Shown here one piece after another: positions 60,260 through 64,000 of a DNA stretch of 64,000 bases; position 1 is the stretch's first letter; every line of letters begins with the position of its first letter. Position numbers and translations under genes: made by a program. The notes below the pieces were generated by a model. The model was not told the DNA's origin. It did no database searches and saw nothing but the letters and a program-made list of their open reading frames with translations. Source of the DNA: Gracilinanus agilis (taxonomy: Eukaryota). The stretch spans positions 759,157,009 to 759,221,008 of the forward strand of contig NC_058130.1 of assembly GCF_016433145.1 (NCBI RefSeq). The letters run 5' to 3'.

Positions 60260-60949
60260 TCAAAAAGAACCCCGGGGAGCCAAGTAGCTCAAGGCCAGCT
60301 GTGTCAGTAACTCACGAAATGTTGGCCAAGGCCATTTGCTATGTGGGCCTCAGGCTTCTTACCTATAGAATTAGGGAGCTTGTCTACTAAGGTATCACAA
60401 AGTTTTATCCCAGGTCTTTAACATTCCCTGGTTCTATAGGGATTGGGAGAATTTTGCAGCAAAGCTGAGGAAATAACATTTTCACAATGAAAATTTTTTT
60501 GCAGGTTACAAATAAATTAAATATGACTCTGAAGTCAGGGGATCAGAGTTCAAATCCCAACTCTACTATTTGGTATCAGTGTAATCCTGGACAGTTTTTA
60601 AAATCTCACTGGGCCCCGATTTCTTCATCTGGAAAAAAAACGAAAGGGTTGTACTTTATTGGTGAATTTCCTTTAAAGCTTTAAGAATTTATGCTAAGAT
60701 CTTTGCACAGTATAGTTTGGGAGAGAGTCTGTGGTCTTGTCAGCAGGGTTGGGGGGAGGGTTTAGGGACTGCCAAGATCTGACTATCTCTCAGGCAGCAC
60801 TAAAAGACTGGTTGGCTAGTTCAAGTGGCCTCCTGTGAACTCAGGGGTATTAGGGGAAAAAAACTGAAATGGAGACTGTTGCACCTTATAGGGCAAAAAC
60901 TAAGTGTGATTTAGTCATTCTTCAGGCTCTTTCTCAAATGATCAGTTAG

Positions 60950-61830
60950 GCGGGACCTTGGGGCAATTGGACTCCCCTCTTCCAATTCTGACTCCCCCAA
61001 TATGTGGTTGTCCAGCCTTTGCTTGAGGATTAATCAAGCATACCTCCATCCCTCTGGCTTCCTGAGGCATTTAATTCCACTCTGGGATAACTCATTTTGG
61101 AAGGGGAGCTAGGTAGTTCAGTGGATAGTGATGGGCCTGGAGCCAGGAAAACTCATCTTCCTAAAGGGTTCAAATCTGGTCTCAGGCACTAGCTATGACC
61201 CTGAACAAGTTACTTAGCCTCTGTTTGCCTCAGTTTCCTCATATGTCAAATGATTTGGAGAAGGAAATAGTAAATCACTTCAGGATTTTTGCCAAGAAAA
61301 CCCCAAACAGGGTCACAGAGAGTCGTACTTGACTGGAACGACTGAACAACAACAAATAAATTATTAGCAAGTTTTTCCTTACCTTAGGCCAACTTCCATC
61401 CATTGCTCCTAAATCTACAGCACAAATCTAATTGTTTCTCTACATGACAGTCTAGACTATTGAATATTTGGAGAATACTTGACCTGGCCACCCCTTCCCC
61501 ATTATGAGACTTCTTAGGTTTTCTTTTTTCCTCTAGTTCCCAGAACCACAGCTTTGGAGCTGGAACACCTTTGTTTGACCTCAGTGACCATCAGAGGCAG
61601 TATATTCCTGATCCCAGGGATTTCCTTTCACTGTACCACACTGCCTCCAGAGGGAAGTAACCAAATTCCTCCACCCATTCCTTAAAGAGCACAAGTTAAG
61701 GTCGGTCCTTTTTGCCATCCTGGCGGCCCTCCATGACATTTTCCAGCTTAAGAATGTCCCTCTCCTCAATGGGGCTGCCAGAATTAGTTATTCTCTTCTA
61801 GATGGGGTGTAACCAGGACAGGACGATCCC
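60950..61830 (-). mobile_element. L3/CR1 fragment interrupted by MAR1
   Basis: gttgtccagcctttgcttga...ttccactctggga, then after the MAR1 ttattagcaagtttttcctt...ttccatccattgctcc...gccatcctggcggccctc. Confidence 0.65.
61106..61356 (+). mobile_element. MAR1 SINE
   Basis: gggggagctaggtag...ggagaaggaaatagtaaatc...gactgaacaacaacaa. Confidence 0.9.
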
Positions 61831-62464
61831 CATCCCTAGTCTCTGACATGATGGCTGTTTTCATTCAGCCTGGGATTGCGTTCCCTTCCTTTGCCAGGCC
61901 ACAGTGGTGACTCATAATGGTCTTGTTCAGATGCTGCTAGTTTGGCAAAACCAGGGAAGAAAACGCTTCCTAAAGCCCAGAAGCCTCTGATCTACCATTT
62001 GTGGGCTGAGCCCACAGGGATGTGGCTTCTCCTTCTGAAAAGGAGGCCCAGCCAGACCTTCATTCCCCCAAGGATGTTTCCTGAAATACTTGGCTGAAGC
62101 TTCTCTGCTCCAGTGCCCACCTCTTTCCCCTCAGGGTCTCAGTGGCCTCTAGGACTGCTAATCCCATTACAAGAAAATAAAGTGGATAATTCCAACTAAT
62201 GAAATCATTACAAAGACATGGACAGCCAGAGGTGGACATTTAGAAATCAACTTCATGCTCTTCTGTGACATTATATCCCAGCAGAGGAAATGTTTGAAAG
62301 GAAGAGGAAAAAAAAGCTACAACAACCTCATTCTTGTTAGCCTATGTCTGGTTAGGAAATGAATTTGCTTTCAGTAAAACCTTCCAGTTGTTATCATCAT
62401 CACTATCCTCTCTAGAGGAACTCTAGGAAAGAAAAAGCAGATTATGGTAGTACAAGGGTGTTGC

Positions 62465-62708
62465 TGGCACAGTAGTGGATAGAGTACCAGAACTGGAATT
62501 AGAAAGACTCAACTTTCTGACTTCAAATCTGGTCTCAGACACTTGCTAGCTGTATAACACACCGAAAGTTCCCCTGTTTATCTCAGTTTCCACATCTGTC
62601 AAATGAACTGGAGAAAGAAGTGGCAAACCACTCCTGAATCATTGCCTAGAAAACCCCAAACGGAGTCATGAAGAGTCAGATATGATTGAAAAAGGTCTGA
62701 ACAACATC
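62465..62708 (+). mobile_element. MAR1 SINE
   Basis: ggagaaagaagtggcaaaccactcc...gagtcatgaagagtcagatatgattgaa. Confidence 0.85.
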
Positions 62709-62899
62709 AAGAGTGTTGGACATGAGATTATAAAGATCTGGGTTCCGATCCAGGCTTAGACACTTACTAGGTGAGCTCTCAGCACCTGAAACAATTCTCT
62801 ATGATAAACCAACAAGCATTTATTAAGCTGCTGCACTCAGGTTGTATACTGCACTGGCAGAGAGACTTCCTAAACTGGAAGTTCCCACAATTAAGCTAC

Positions 62900-63090
62900 C
62901 TACCAGTCAGGTAGTGCAGCGGATAGAGTGCCTCAGGTTCCTCATTCGTAAAATGGAAATAATAATAATAGCACCTACCTCATAGGATTTTTCTGAGGAT
63001 CAAATTAGATAATAATTGTAAAACAGTTAGCATAGTGCCTGGCACATAGTGGGTGCCATATGTTAGTTATTATAATCACCATCATAATAA
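62900..63090 (+). mobile_element. MIR SINE
   Basis: gttcctcattcgtaaaatggaaataataataatagcacc...gcctggcacatagt. Confidence 0.8.
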
Positions 63091-63234
63091 TAACCTTATA
63101 CAAAGTGCTTTACAAATCTGAAGGTGCTATCTATATAAATGCTAGCTACTATTAAGAGGGAGAGGAAACAGAATGGAGGATTATTTAGCTTAGGGAAGTT
63201 AATACTTGGGCAGGAGGGGGAATTCATCTTAACT

Positions 63235-63515
63235 TGTCTGAAGGAAAGTTGTGGCAGAAGGATTGACCTGTTCTGCTTGGCCCAGAAGAAGAAGGAGGAC
63301 AAGCAGTGGGTGGTAGGTACACAGAGGAAGACTTAAGTTTGAAACAAGGGGAAAAAAACCACAAGGACTCTTGAAAAGTAGAATGGACTACTTCGGAAGG
63401 GAGTGAGTTCTCTGTCAATGGAAGTCTTCAAGTAGAGGTGAGGTGACCATTTTGGGGGGATGATTCTTGTCCAGGTAGGGCCTCTGAGATCCCTTCTGGT
63501 TCTGATTCTCTAGGA
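63235..63515 (+). mobile_element. L3/CR1 3' end
   Basis: gattgacctgttctgcttggccc...tcaatggaagtcttcaagtagagg...cctctgagatcccttc. Confidence 0.75.
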
Positions 63516-64000
63516 TAAGGCATCCTACTTGCCACAGTGAAACCTGGGTGTAGTCATCAATGGAGTGGCTTTCCATAACCAGGGAGGGCAGGCAGCATGG
63601 CCCATGGGAATCAGGGAAGCCTGGCCTACCCATTCTGGGGAACTGTCGGCGGAGGAGGCAGGGCCGAGAAAGAGGCAGAAGGTAAGGAACATGAGACAGG
63701 CAAGCTGGCAAGGACTTCATCCTGCATGCAAGGAGCTTTTCCTGGAAATTAAAAGGAAAAGTCTGTGATGCTGGTGATGTGTGTGAATAAAAGCTGCAAC
63801 CGCAGGGGGTTTGGCTTTTTTTCTGTTATTGTGGATTTACGTTTATTGGAATGCCACCACAATAATGATGATGAAGATAATAAATTATAATTATGATATT
63901 TAATTTAGAAAAGTTAACATGGGGGTGGGGGGCACACAAGGGTATGTGTCTTCATTTGTCTGAAGGAAGGTTACAGGAAAGAAGGATTAGGCCTATTTTG

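Larger units (their letters stand above)
49025..64000 (-). other. RBM19: 3' part of a long RBM19 intron that continues beyond the window
   Basis: Acceptor CCTAG ends at 49025. The expected upstream exon (about SKILVRNIPFQA..REIRELF) was not seen in the remaining 15 kb. Confidence 0.8.

Noticed and set aside
1-64000. CRISPR arrays, operons, defence systems or other prokaryotic-type systems
   Set aside because: The sequence is mammalian, with spliced exons and SINE/LINE repeats. There are no regularly spaced repeat-spacer arrays, and the recurring motifs are dispersed CORE-SINE sequence.

Overview
Marsupial genomic DNA, not prokaryotic. The SINE content (SINE1_Mdo-type and MAR1 CORE-SINEs, plus MIR, L2, L3/CR1, old L1 and hAT-Charlie MITEs) points to a didelphid opossum, most likely Monodelphis. 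The only gene I can support is the 3' end of RBM19 (nucleolar multi-RRM protein, yeast Mrd1 homologue) on the minus strand. Three coding exons lie at 49024-48919 (106 nt, contains the RRM6 RNP1 motif RGFGFVDF), 29640-29520 (121 nt) and 10522-10428 (95 nt including the stop). They join in frame through GT-AG introns of 19,278 and 18,997 nt. The six-frame ORF track does not report any of them as its own ORF, and almost all listed ORFs are repeat, gap or GC artefacts. The next upstream exon lies beyond 64 kb. In human, RBM19 sits between LHX5 (3' side) and TBX5/TBX3 (5' side). I found no CRISPR array, rRNA, tRNA or clearly new gene system. The best leads are: (i) an array of repeat-free, transcription-factor-motif-dense intronic islands that look like long-range developmental enhancers; (ii) a strong in-phase acceptor at 12565 that could give RBM19 an alternative C-terminus; (iii) a CpG-rich intronic domain in which SINEs have drifted towards GC; (iv) a strong orientation bias of SINE1 copies, including an apparently collapsed inverted pair. 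Repeat boundaries are approximate and were assigned by eye, and family names and human sequences are recalled rather than taken from a database search.
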